Source: an uncultured delta proteobacterium
Lineage (GTDB): Bacteria > Desulfobacterota > Desulfomonilia > UBA1062
DNA length: 64,000 nucleotides
Direction of reading: 5' to 3'
Assembly (NCBI GenBank): GCA_963785235.1
Contig: CAWAUM010000005.1
Location: 96,001 to 160,000 of the forward strand
Part shown: positions 53,885-63,328 of the stretch, piece after piece
Position numbering within the stretch: position 1 is the first letter of the stretch
Layout: each line of letters starts with the position of its first letter
Made by a program: the position numbers and the translations under genes
The notes under the pieces: model-generated
The model's database searches: none
What the model was told of the DNA's origin: nothing
Seen by the model: the letters and a program-made list of their open reading frames with translations, nothing else

Positions 53885-55239
53885 CTACATGACCAGCATC
53901 AGCTTGATGTCGTTCACGTTGGTGCCGGTGGCCCCGGTGATGACGGCATCACCCAGCTTTTGCAGCACAGGGGTCACGTCGTGACTCCTGAGCGCGGCAT
54001 AGATGTCTATCCCCAGAGCCCTCGCACGTTCGAGCGTGAAGTTGTCCACAACCCCGCCGGCAACGTCCGTGGGACCATCGGTCCCGTCCGAGTCCTGCCC
54101 GACGATGACCACATCGCCGATTCCATCGATCCAGAGTGCGGCCCCCAGCGAGAACTCCTGGTTCGGCCCTCCCTTTCCCGCTTCGCCCGTGATCCTCACC
54201 GTGGTTTCCCCGCCGCCGATGATCGCACATGGAGGCTTCAAAGGACGCCGGTTCAGGAGGATCTCCTTGGCAATGGCTGCAAAGGTGCTCCAAGTTCCCT
54301 GCTTTCCCCCTCCAGCATGGTGGAGAGGATCATGGTCTCGAAGTTCAGCTCCCTGGCCTTTTCGGCAGCGCCCTCACAGGCCGCGGTACCGGCAACGATA
54401 ATGAAGTTGTCCATATTGTGGTCCGAGAGGTCCTTGGGTGTCTCCTGGGCCGGGCCTCCTTCCTTCAGATACCGGCTTACCGAGGCCGGGACCTTGTCCC
54501 AGAGTTCGTATTTGGTGAGCGTCCTGCGTGCATCGTCAAAGCTCGACGTGTCGGGCACCGTGGGACAGGTGATGTAGTCCAGCGGATCGCCGATCACATC
54601 TGAAACCGTGAGGTTGATGAGATGGGCCTGGGGATGGATGGCCTTGGCAAGCCACCCTCCTTTGATCCGGCTCAGGTGCTTGCGCACCGCATTGATCTCG
54701 ATGATATTGGCGCTGCAGGTCAGAAGCAGCTTGTTAACCAGCTTTTTTTCATCCAGACTGACCCCTTCGACCGGATAGGGCATGAGTGCCGAGCTCCCAC
54801 CGGTGATGCCTGCAAACACGATGTCTCCCGGCAGGGTCTTTCGGGCCAGAGCCAGCGCCTCCCCGGCTGCCTTGTATCCGGCCTCGTCGGGAATGGGGTG
54901 GCTTGAAAAGTAGAGCCGGGAGCGCCTCAGGGCGCCTTCCTGGCCGTATTTGCAGATGATCACCCCGTCTTCTATCCGGTCTCCCAGGATATCTTCCAGC
55001 GCTTTTGCGATGGGGTAGGTTGCCTTGCCGGTGCCAAGGAGGAAGAGCCTTCCCTGCTTCTTCAGATCAAGGCGTATCTCGCCCACCTGCAGGATATCCC
55101 CCGTGAGGTGGACCAGGTCTTTTACTGCCTTGTAGGGATCGGCCTTGGCGAGCGCATGATCCACAATGTCAAATGCTATTCTGCGTAGCCGCTCGTTGCC
55201 GTGCGCCAGCAGCGTATCCAGGTTTCTGATATAGCTCAT
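53885..55239 (-). CDS. Glycerate 2-kinase-family (MOFRL/TtuD) kinase (frameshift ~54290)
   Basis: GKA, HPIPD, GGSSAL, RKHLSRIKGG, SDVIGD; then GGETTV, GGPNQE, DGTDG, TGTNVND. Confidence 0.88.
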
Positions 55240-55391
55240 GAGTTGACCCTCCTGACGTTCCCCGTGCCCGGTAAGGGGCACGGGGTTGGATCTGCTCTCG
55301 TGCACTGCAGGGGAATTACAGGGACGGATACGGTGATCCACAGGGGTGTGGTCTCCCCGTAATACCCCTCTTTATCGTGTCTCCCATATCA

Positions 55392-56666
55392 TTAGAATGC
55401 AGCCTTGAAGTTCCTCCCGGCATAGACGGCCTGGGACCCGAGCTCTTCCTCGATGAGCAGGAGGCGGTTGTACTTGGCGGTCCTTTCGCTGCGGACACCT
55501 GCGCCTGTCTTGATCTGTCCGGCATTGATGCCCACCACGAAGTCCGCGATGATGGGGTCCTCGGTCTCTCCCGAACGCTCGGAGACCATGATCCCGAATC
55601 CCTGCCGGTAGGCAAGCTCTGCAGCGTCGAGCGCCTCGGAGAGCGTCCCGATCTGGTTGAACTTCCACAGAAGGGCATTGGCTGCGCCCTTGGGAGCCCG
55701 CTCCCTGATGCGATCCGGGTTCGTGCAGTAGAAATCGTCGCCCACGATCTGGATCCCCAGCTCTTTGGTCGCCCGGGTGAAGCCCTTGATGTCGTCTTCT
55801 GCAAAGGGGTCCTCGATGGATATGATGGGGTAGTCCTTGCAGAGCTTCTTGTAGTAGTCGAAGAGCTGATCCGTGGTGTAATCCACGCCTTCGAGCGTAT
55901 ACTTCTTGGTCTTGGCATTGTACCAGTGCGTGGCCGCGCAGTCGAAGCCGTAGCCGATCTTCTTGGCGTACCCGGAGCGGTCCACCGCCTCCACCAGGCA
56001 CTCCATGGCCTCGCGGACCTTCTTGATGGGCGTGGCGAAGCCGCCTTCGTCACCCACGTTGGCCGCTATCTTGCCGTACTTCTTGATGATGATGTCGCGG
56101 AGCTTGTTGTTGACCGCGTTTCCGATCATCATGGACTCGGAGAATGTCTCGGCGCCAATGGGGTAGATGCAGAACTCCTGAAAGTCGAGGTCGTTCGAGG
56201 TCAGCTTGCCGCCGTTGAGCAGGTTCAGCAGCGGTACTGGCAGTATGTGCGCATTGCAGTTGACGTACCGGTAAAGCGGCAGCTGGACCGCATTGGATGC
56301 GGCGCGCGCCACGGCCACCGAAACGCCTGCGATGGCGTTGGCCCCGAGCTTGGACTTGTCCTTGCTCCCGTCAAGAGCGCGGAGCTTCTCATCCACTTTG
56401 CGCTGATCGGTCACATCCATGCCGATCACGGCGGGCCCGAGGATAGCGTTGATGTTCTTCACTGCCTTGCGCACACCCATGCCGTCGTAGCGCTTCTCCT
56501 TGTCACGGAGCTCCTTGGCCTCGTTGGCCCCTGTTGACTTGCCTGCAGGGACATCGGCCCTGCCCAGTATCTCGTCGTTCACGAGCACGTCCACCTGGAC
56601 CGTCGGATTCCACCTGCAGTCCAGTATCTCCCTGGCAAAGACGTCTGTGATTTTGAACTTTTTCAT
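55392..56666 (-). CDS. Divergent second enolase (enolase paralog)
   Basis: Full-length enolase fold with QEF, GDEGG, IED, GDD, KFNQIG, KTG, but PAGKS, NGGKL and SERSGETED variants. Confidence 0.9.
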   Translation of the reverse strand: MKKFKITDVFAREILDCRWNPTVQVDVLVNDEILGRADVPAGKSTGANEAKELRDKEKRYDGMGVRKAVKNINAILGPAVIGMDVTDQRKVDEKLRALDGSKDKSKLGANAIAGVSVAVARAASNAVQLPLYRYVNCNAHILPVPLLNLLNGGKLTSNDLDFQEFCIYPIGAETFSESMMIGNAVNNKLRDIIIKKYGKIAANVGDEGGFATPIKKVREAMECLVEAVDRSGYAKKIGYGFDCAATHWYNAKTKKYTLEGVDYTTDQLFDYYKKLCKDYPIISIEDPFAEDDIKGFTRATKELGIQIVGDDFYCTNPDRIRERAPKGAANALLWKFNQIGTLSEALDAAELAYRQGFGIMVSERSGETEDPIIADFVVGINAGQIKTGAGVRSERTAKYNRLLLIEEELGSQAVYAGRNFKAAF

Positions 56667-56699
56667 GATATTGCCACTCCTTTCGAATTTTTGGATTTA

Positions 56700-58001
56700 T
56701 TATGAAATGGTACTGTCGAGGACAGTTAACGCCCGCTGTGCCTGGGGGAAGAACAGCACCGACGGGTCGGGTTTTGAAACCATGTCGAAGGCCTTCTCGA
56801 GGGCCTTCTGCGGTGATGCAGCGGAGTTCAGGAGCATCTTGTGCAGTATGGCGTCTTCCACGTTCGGCGTAGACACCACGATGCGGACGCCCTTCAAGAG
56901 TATCTTACCCAGCAGAAGGGCGTGATCCATCTGGATCTTATAATCTGCATTCAAGCGCTCTATGACCTCGTTCACGTCATGGGCACCCTCGTAGGGTATC
57001 AGCATGTCCGCCGTGCCGATCCCGTCGTAGCAGGAACTGTACAGGACGAGTACCCCTCCTGAAGCCATGACCGGGGCCAGGGCAATCAGGGGTTTGACGG
57101 ACTGGTAGAAATTGATGTTGAGCGGCCTGCCCGGCGTGGTTACGATGATGTCGGGCCTGGCCTTCAGGGAGATCTGGCAGAAGGACCTCATGAACTCGAC
57201 TGCCGCCAGGTGCGCCTCGATAACGTCGCCGGTGAATATCCCGATGGTTTCGCCTGCCTGATTCAACACCAGGTTGATGGTGAAATGGATCTTCATCATC
57301 CCGGCCGCTTCGATCATGTCGAGATGGATAGGGTTGTTCAGGAGCTGACCGGGACGGGCCTCGGCCGACATGAGCATCTCCGGCCGGTGGTTTATTTCGA
57401 TGGACCTCTCGCTCGCGACCCCCGGGAGCACAGACTTCCTTCCTCCGGAGAATCCTGCGAATTCATGGGGCTCCACCTTTCCCACGGAGATCCTCAGGTC
57501 CGCTTCATGAACGGTCCTGGATACCTCGATGGGTGTGCCGTATGAGGTCTTTCCCAGATACACGAGCTTTCCGGCGTCATACGGGTCATGGCTGATGACC
57601 GTGATCCCGTCCAGGTTCTCTTTGCCCACGATGTCGCTGATCTCGGCATCCGTAGCCGGGCGGTGCACCCCCGTGGCTATGACTACCGTGATGCAGCCTT
57701 TGTCGACCCCGGCACAGGTGAGCTCGTCGAGAATCAGGGGCATGACTTTTGCGGTGGGGACGCCCCGGGTCGAATCGGCGACGATGACGGCAACCCGCTT
57801 GGCACCCCGGGCGATATCACGCAGCAGCGGGGTACCCCTGGGAGATCCGAAGGCACTCCTGAAATCCCCGGGCCAGGAAACCCCGGACGGCTCTTCGAAT
57901 CCGATCAGGCCGAGGCAGCGCTGCCTTTGAGTCGAAATTTCAACGTCCTCGATCCCGTCGTGATAGACGAGATCGGATCCCTGTTCATGGATTCTGTACA
58001 C
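56700..58001 (-). CDS. LarA-family nickel-pincer (NPN) 2-hydroxyacid racemase/epimerase
   Basis: DSTR, ATGVHR, PHEFAGFSGGRKS, NH, FYQSVK motifs; AGGAGG then GTG start. Confidence 0.9.
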   Translation of the reverse strand: MYRIHEQGSDLVYHDGIEDVEISTQRQRCLGLIGFEEPSGVSWPGDFRSAFGSPRGTPLLRDIARGAKRVAVIVADSTRGVPTAKVMPLILDELTCAGVDKGCITVVIATGVHRPATDAEISDIVGKENLDGITVISHDPYDAGKLVYLGKTSYGTPIEVSRTVHEADLRISVGKVEPHEFAGFSGGRKSVLPGVASERSIEINHRPEMLMSAEARPGQLLNNPIHLDMIEAAGMMKIHFTINLVLNQAGETIGIFTGDVIEAHLAAVEFMRSFCQISLKARPDIIVTTPGRPLNINFYQSVKPLIALAPVMASGGVLVLYSSCYDGIGTADMLIPYEGAHDVNEVIERLNADYKIQMDHALLLGKILLKGVRIVVSTPNVEDAILHKMLLNSAASPQKALEKAFDMVSKPDPSVLFFPQAQRALTVLDSTIS

Positions 58002-58011
58002 GAGAGGCCTC

Positions 58012-58536
58012 CTATTCCCTGAGCTCCGCATGGTTTGCGTTCAGAGGGGGCAGGCCTTTTAGGTCCCGGATGATATGCATGATACCGTAGATGGTCATGA
58101 GGAAGAAGCTGAGCGGAATGGCCGCATAGGGCAGTGCCGTGGAGATGCCCAGCGCCGGGGTGACCTGCTCCCATGTCTCATTCACCAGGATGGCCCCTGC
58201 CACCGTTACGATACCAACGGTAACGGTCGCCAGGTAGATGACCATCCGCTCCAGGAACTTCTGCAGCCCCTTGGGCATCATCTCCCGGAAGATGGTGATG
58301 CCCAGGTGCCCGTTGCGCTTGTGCAGTATGCTTGCGCTGAGCAAGGCAAACCAGACGATGGTGAAACGCAGGAATTCCTCCGACCAGGTCAGCGCACTGT
58401 TGAAGACATACCGCCTGATCACATGCATCCAGGCGACCATGAGCATGACTGCGCAGATGACCATGGTGACGTCGAGCGTTGCCTTTTCGACCAAGTCACA
58501 GAACCGTTCCAGCCTTGATTTTTCCATTTCAGCCAC
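58012..58536 (-). CDS. dctQ: TRAP transporter small permease
   Basis: RYVFNSALTWSEE, HLGI, TPALG; four TM segments. Confidence 0.92.
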   Translation of the reverse strand: MAEMEKSRLERFCDLVEKATLDVTMVICAVMLMVAWMHVIRRYVFNSALTWSEEFLRFTIVWFALLSASILHKRNGHLGITIFREMMPKGLQKFLERMVIYLATVTVGIVTVAGAILVNETWEQVTPALGISTALPYAAIPLSFFLMTIYGIMHIIRDLKGLPPLNANHAELRE

Positions 58537-58594
58537 TCCTTTGAATCACTCTTCCCGGCTTTGTATTGCGCTTCCGGATCGGTGCAATTCAATC

Positions 58595-58634
58595 AAAGGG
58601 GCGGGGCTGCCTTTCGTGCAGACCCCGTCCCTTT
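58595..58634 (-). terminator. Intra-operon hairpin after dctP (attenuator or mRNA stabiliser)
   Basis: AAAGGGGCGGGG-CTGC...GCAG-ACCCCGTCCCTTT. Confidence 0.6.
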
Positions 58635-58642
58635 CTCACGGA

Positions 58643-59674
58643 TTAGAAGCCGGCATTCACGTCCTTGTTAACGGCGGTAATCGCTGCGAGCCACTGATCC
58701 ACGAAATTTTTGTCCGTGCTCGCCTTGATCTTCGCCACCACGGCACCCTGGGACTTGAGTCTCATCTTCTCCTTGTTGGCAGGGGTGACGTCGTTCACCT
58801 TCATGCCCTTGGTCCGCAGCTTGTCGATGATGGCATCCTCACGGGCCCTGTTGATGAACCGGCTGTAATTCTGAGCAAGGACAGCTCCCTGCAAAATGAC
58901 TGCCTGCTGATCCTTGGGGAGCTTGTTGAACCAGGTAAGATTCGCCACCAGGGGCATGGGGTCATAGATATGGCCGGTCAGCGAGGTGAACTTCTGCACC
59001 TCGAACATCTTGACTTCCCAGATGTTGGCCAGGGGGTTTTCCTGTCCGTCAACGACCTTCTGCTGCATGGTCAGGTAGAGCTCGGTCCATGGGACAGGAG
59101 TCGGGTTGGCGCCCAGCGTCTTGAAGTTCTCCATGTGCATGGGGGCTTCCATGGTGCGGATCTTGATTCCCTTCAGGTCATCGGGGCCGTTGATGGGGCG
59201 CACATTGTTCGTCACATGACGGAACCCGTTTTCCAGGTAGGCCAGGCCCTTGAGCCCGATGCCTTCACTGGAGTTGAGCAGGTTCTGCCCCGTGGGGCCG
59301 TCGAGCACAGCCCAGGCGACATCGTAGCTGTCAAAGGCAAAGGGGATGTCCAGGACCATGAACTTCTTGTTGAAGGTCGTGAGAGGTCCTGCTGAGGCAG
59401 TGGCCATCTCCAGCGAACCGGCTTTCACCTGCTCCACCGATTCCCGCTCTCCGCCGAGCTGGGAGTTGTAGTACAGCCCGACCGAAATCGCGCCTTTGGT
59501 CTTGTCCTCCACATACTTCTTGAATACCTGCATGCCTATGGACTGCGGATGTGACGGGGCGTTGCAGAGGGATACCCTGATCTTCTTGGGTGAAGCGGCG
59601 AAGAGCATCCCGGAGAAAAGGAATGAGACTGCCACAGCCAGAACCACCATAGTGAACCATTGAGACTTCTTCAT
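58643..59674 (-). CDS. dctP: TRAP transporter substrate-binding protein (carboxylate type)
   Basis: Signal peptide; NGFRH, KIRTM (conserved Arg), DGQENP. Confidence 0.93.
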   Translation of the reverse strand: MKKSQWFTMVVLAVAVSFLFSGMLFAASPKKIRVSLCNAPSHPQSIGMQVFKKYVEDKTKGAISVGLYYNSQLGGERESVEQVKAGSLEMATASAGPLTTFNKKFMVLDIPFAFDSYDVAWAVLDGPTGQNLLNSSEGIGLKGLAYLENGFRHVTNNVRPINGPDDLKGIKIRTMEAPMHMENFKTLGANPTPVPWTELYLTMQQKVVDGQENPLANIWEVKMFEVQKFTSLTGHIYDPMPLVANLTWFNKLPKDQQAVILQGAVLAQNYSRFINRAREDAIIDKLRTKGMKVNDVTPANKEKMRLKSQGAVVAKIKASTDKNFVDQWLAAITAVNKDVNAGF

Positions 59675-59755
59675 AAGCTTACCTCCGTGATAATTTTTTT
59701 GGCTTGCATAGTTGAGTCTGCGTTTTCCAATGTATTGTTCTCCAAAAACCGCCGC

Positions 59756-61036
59756 CTAATATCCGAACATGCGCGGCAGCCACAACGTGAGGGGCGGGAA
59801 GTAGGTCAGCAGGAACAGCACGGCCATGCTGGCCACGAGCATGGGCCAGCTCCCCTTGAAGGTGTCCTCCACCGATACCCCGGCCATGGGGCTCGTGACG
59901 AACAGGACAATCCCGAAAGGTGGCGTAGCCAGGCCGATGACCAAATTGACGCAGATGATGACGCCGATCTGGAGCGGGTCCACACCCAGGGCCCAGGCGA
60001 TGGGAGCCAGGATCGGGCCCAGCACGATGACCGAGGCGTAGTCGTCCATGAACATGCCGTTGATCAGAAGGCCGATGTTCAACAGAAGGAGAAAGCCCCA
60101 CAGCGGGAAGTTCGCGAGCGAGGCGGCCAGGATGTCGACGACCTGCTCGTTGGCGATGGCCCAGGCCGTCACCGTGGCGCTCCCGGCAAGCAGGATGACA
60201 AGGCCCGAGGTGACCGCCGTCTCCATGAAAATGGCGGGAAGATCGCGCCACTTCACATCTTTGGCAAAGAACATGGAGATGACGAAGGCATACGCCGCAG
60301 CGGCCGCCGAGGCCTCGGTCACGGTGAAGATGCCCCCGAAGATGCCGCCCAGGATGATGACCGGCAGGAACAGGGCGGGCAGAGCCTTCTTTAACTGCCT
60401 GCCCCGCTCAGGCCAGGCGACCCGTTCGTGCCTGGCCAGCTTGTCCCGCCTGGCGATGAAATATATCACCAGCATCTGGGCCACCGCGATGAGAACGGCC
60501 GGGATGATGGAGGCAAGGAAGATCCCGGCAATGGAAGTACGTCCCACCGAGATGCAGTAGAGGATCATGAGCACGCTGGGCGGCATGATGGGCCCCAGCA
60601 GCGAGGCGCTTGCCATGACGCCCGAGGCGAACGCCGGCTTGTACCCATCCTTCTTCATCATGGGGATGAGGAAGGAACCCAGAGAGGCTGTCTCGGCCAC
60701 GGCCAGGCCCACGATGGCACCCATGAACAAACACGTGCCCACCGTCACCAGGGCCAGCGCCCCCCGTACGTGCCCCACAAAGGCGTTCACGAAATCCGTC
60801 AGGTCCCTCAGAATTCTCCCCTTGGCCATGAGCTGTCCTGTCAGGATGAAGAAGGGGACGGCGAGCAGCGCGAACCCGTTCATGCCCTGGAACATCCGCT
60901 GGGGGATCAGGGTGAGCGGGTAGCCGCCGACCAGGAGGTAGATGAACGAGCTGAAGATCAGATTTAACGCAATGGGAAACCCGATGATGAGCAGAAAGAC
61001 GAAGCAGATGATCAGGGCTAGCAGGGCCGTGGACAT
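59756..61036 (-). CDS. dctM: TRAP transporter large permease
   Basis: LLAVPFFIL, IMPPS, GGIFTVTEA, TPPFG. Confidence 0.93.
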   Translation of the reverse strand: MSTALLALIICFVFLLIIGFPIALNLIFSSFIYLLVGGYPLTLIPQRMFQGMNGFALLAVPFFILTGQLMAKGRILRDLTDFVNAFVGHVRGALALVTVGTCLFMGAIVGLAVAETASLGSFLIPMMKKDGYKPAFASGVMASASLLGPIMPPSVLMILYCISVGRTSIAGIFLASIIPAVLIAVAQMLVIYFIARRDKLARHERVAWPERGRQLKKALPALFLPVIILGGIFGGIFTVTEASAAAAAYAFVISMFFAKDVKWRDLPAIFMETAVTSGLVILLAGSATVTAWAIANEQVVDILAASLANFPLWGFLLLLNIGLLINGMFMDDYASVIVLGPILAPIAWALGVDPLQIGVIICVNLVIGLATPPFGIVLFVTSPMAGVSVEDTFKGSWPMLVASMAVLFLLTYFPPLTLWLPRMFGY

Positions 61037-61218
61037 AGCCTAAACCTCCTTCAGAAACCAGGCTCTCTTCCGTTTCAGAAAATCCGTTGAACTGGGCTGT
61101 ACCGGTGGTAATCCGACGATGACCTCATTTTCTCCGCAGCCGAGAGGGAAAGCCTCACTCCTAACATGTAATAATAATCTCTCGAATTTAATATGCAATG
61201 GACAAGACGGTTGCATGA

Positions 61219-61998
61219 TCATGCACGTCCCCCTGCATCTCTCTCGGAGCGCCCCAGCAACAGGGAGATCTCCGCTGCGGCATCCAGCGCCGCCTGGATG
61301 TTCTTCTTTTTCTGTTCGTCCGAGAGACGGAAGATGGGCCCGCTGATGGTGAGGCTCGCCACGATTTTCCCCTTTTTCCCCAGGACCGGCGCCACCAGTG
61401 AATAGCTCCCCGGCTCCCGCTCTTCCAGGCTGACCGCATACCCGTCATGGCGGATCTTCTCCAGGTCCGCCTCCAGCTCCTCCGGGTCGGTGATGGTGCT
61501 CGCCGTGAACGTTTCCAGGGGCTTCCCGAAGATGATACCCCGCCGGATTTTTTCAGGGAGATACGCAAGGAGCACCTTGCCCGAAGCACCGCAATGAAGC
61601 GGAAAAACCTTTCCAACCTGAGTCACCTTGGCAACACCGTGGTGACTCTTTACTGCCTCGATGCAGATCCGGGTGCCTTCACCGGGTACATAGAGGGAGA
61701 CTTCTTCGCCACAGAGGTCCCTGAGTCTCTCCATTACCGGCCGCGCCAGATCAGTGAGGGTTGTCTCCTGAGAGATGATGCTTTTCCACTGATGGAATTT
61801 GATGCCCAGCCGGTATTTGCCCCCGGGTGTTTCACGCTCCAGGCACTTCTTCTTTTCCAGTGTGGCCAGGATACGGGAGACCGTGCTCTGGTTGAAACCT
61901 GTGATGATGCTTATCTCCGTGACGTTGAGTGAGGGGGTTTCCACCGTGAAGCAGGAGAGGATGTCAACGGCCTTCTCGACGGATTTGATGTTCGTCAC
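61219..61998 (-). CDS. IclR-family transcriptional regulator
   Basis: N-terminal HTH (SVEKA...STVSRIL), PLHCGASGK, GYAVS, LTISGP. Confidence 0.92.
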   Translation of the reverse strand: MTNIKSVEKAVDILSCFTVETPSLNVTEISIITGFNQSTVSRILATLEKKKCLERETPGGKYRLGIKFHQWKSIISQETTLTDLARPVMERLRDLCGEEVSLYVPGEGTRICIEAVKSHHGVAKVTQVGKVFPLHCGASGKVLLAYLPEKIRRGIIFGKPLETFTASTITDPEELEADLEKIRHDGYAVSLEEREPGSYSLVAPVLGKKGKIVASLTISGPIFRLSDEQKKKNIQAALDAAAEISLLLGRSERDAGGRA

Positions 61999-62147
61999 CG
62001 CATCTCCTTATGCACATATGTGATATGACCATGCACATCATGCATATTGCACAATCGTTTTATTGTTGTCAACATATTTTTACAGTACATGAATAATCCT
62101 GGATTCCCCTCCACCCGGAGGCTGGTTTCTGGTAAGAGAAGAGGAGT

Positions 62148-63134
62148 ATGGAGTACGAAATCATCGCAACCCTGGGGCCCGAGAGCAGTACAGAGCCGCT
62201 CTGGCTCAGCCTCATCTCTGCAGGAGCCTCCTCGTTCCGGCTGAATACTTCCCACCTCTCCCTTGAGCAGATCGAACACTGGCTTTACAGGCTCCTTCCT
62301 TTCCTGAAAGGGCAAGGTCTTTTTAACCGCCTCGTTCTTGACCTTCAGGGGAGCAAGTGGCGCCTCGGAGATTTTGCCCAATTCTTCATGGAGCCAGGCC
62401 AGCTTGTCGAGCTTGTATGCGCCTCGTCGGCCAAGAGTGCCGGCATAGTGCCGGTCCCGCACCAGGACTTTTTCCAGGCCGTCCTCTCCTCCGACGGGAC
62501 CATCGTGCTGAACGATGCCAGGATCGTCCTGGCTGTGGAAAAGGCTGACGCCCTCACCTTACAGGCACGCGTAGTCAGCGGTGGAGAGATCTCTTCGCGC
62601 AAAGGAATCACCTGCTCCTCGACAAGTTTCCGCAGAGAATCTCTGGGCGACAAGGACGTTGCAATACTCAATCTCACAAAGGGCATGGATGGTGTCTGCT
62701 ATGCCGTATCCTATGTGAAGGATGCACAGGAGATGGCCTGGTATCGGACCAGGACCGGCGATCAGACATATGTGATCGCCAAGCTCGAACGCAAAGATGC
62801 CCTCGAAGGGGTGGAGGGGATCGCGATGTTCTCGGACGAGCTGTGGCTCTGCAGGGGTGATCTTGGTGCAGAGATGGGGCTGGTAGCCATGGCCGAGGCG
62901 GTCCACCGGTTCTCCCACAGGGTGCGCTCCATGTCCAAGCCCGTACTTCTGGCTGGGCAGGTTCTGGAGCACATGACAACATGTCCGATCTCAACCCGTT
63001 CCGAGGTGTGCTGTCTGCATGATGCCCTGGCTAAGGGATACAAGGGCATAGTCCTCTCCGACGAGACTGCTATAGGCAAATATCCAGTCGAAAGCTGCCA
63101 TACGGCGGCCATGTTCAAGACAAGCGCTCCCTAA
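62148..63134 (+). CDS. Short divergent pyruvate kinase-family protein (lacks the C-terminal regulatory domain)
   Basis: IATLGP, RLNTSH, DLQG, AKLE, RGDLG, TRSE, LSDETAIGKYP; 328 aa. Confidence 0.88.
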   Translation: MEYEIIATLGPESSTEPLWLSLISAGASSFRLNTSHLSLEQIEHWLYRLLPFLKGQGLFNRLVLDLQGSKWRLGDFAQFFMEPGQLVELVCASSAKSAGIVPVPHQDFFQAVLSSDGTIVLNDARIVLAVEKADALTLQARVVSGGEISSRKGITCSSTSFRRESLGDKDVAILNLTKGMDGVCYAVSYVKDAQEMAWYRTRTGDQTYVIAKLERKDALEGVEGIAMFSDELWLCRGDLGAEMGLVAMAEAVHRFSHRVRSMSKPVLLAGQVLEHMTTCPISTRSEVCCLHDALAKGYKGIVLSDETAIGKYPVESCHTAAMFKTSAP

Positions 63135-63328
63135 AAACCGGGTTTTGAAGGTTGCAGAAGTATTCATTACTAGAAAGCCTGTCCTATGGTTAGAAAACAT
63201 TCAGTAATCAGAAACCATTGCCCCCGGCATACGTGATCTATGGTTCAAGTATCTTGGCCTTGCATTCAATATAATGATATACAGCAAAGGCGCAGTATAA
63301 AAAAATGAGACACTTATAGGAGAAATAA

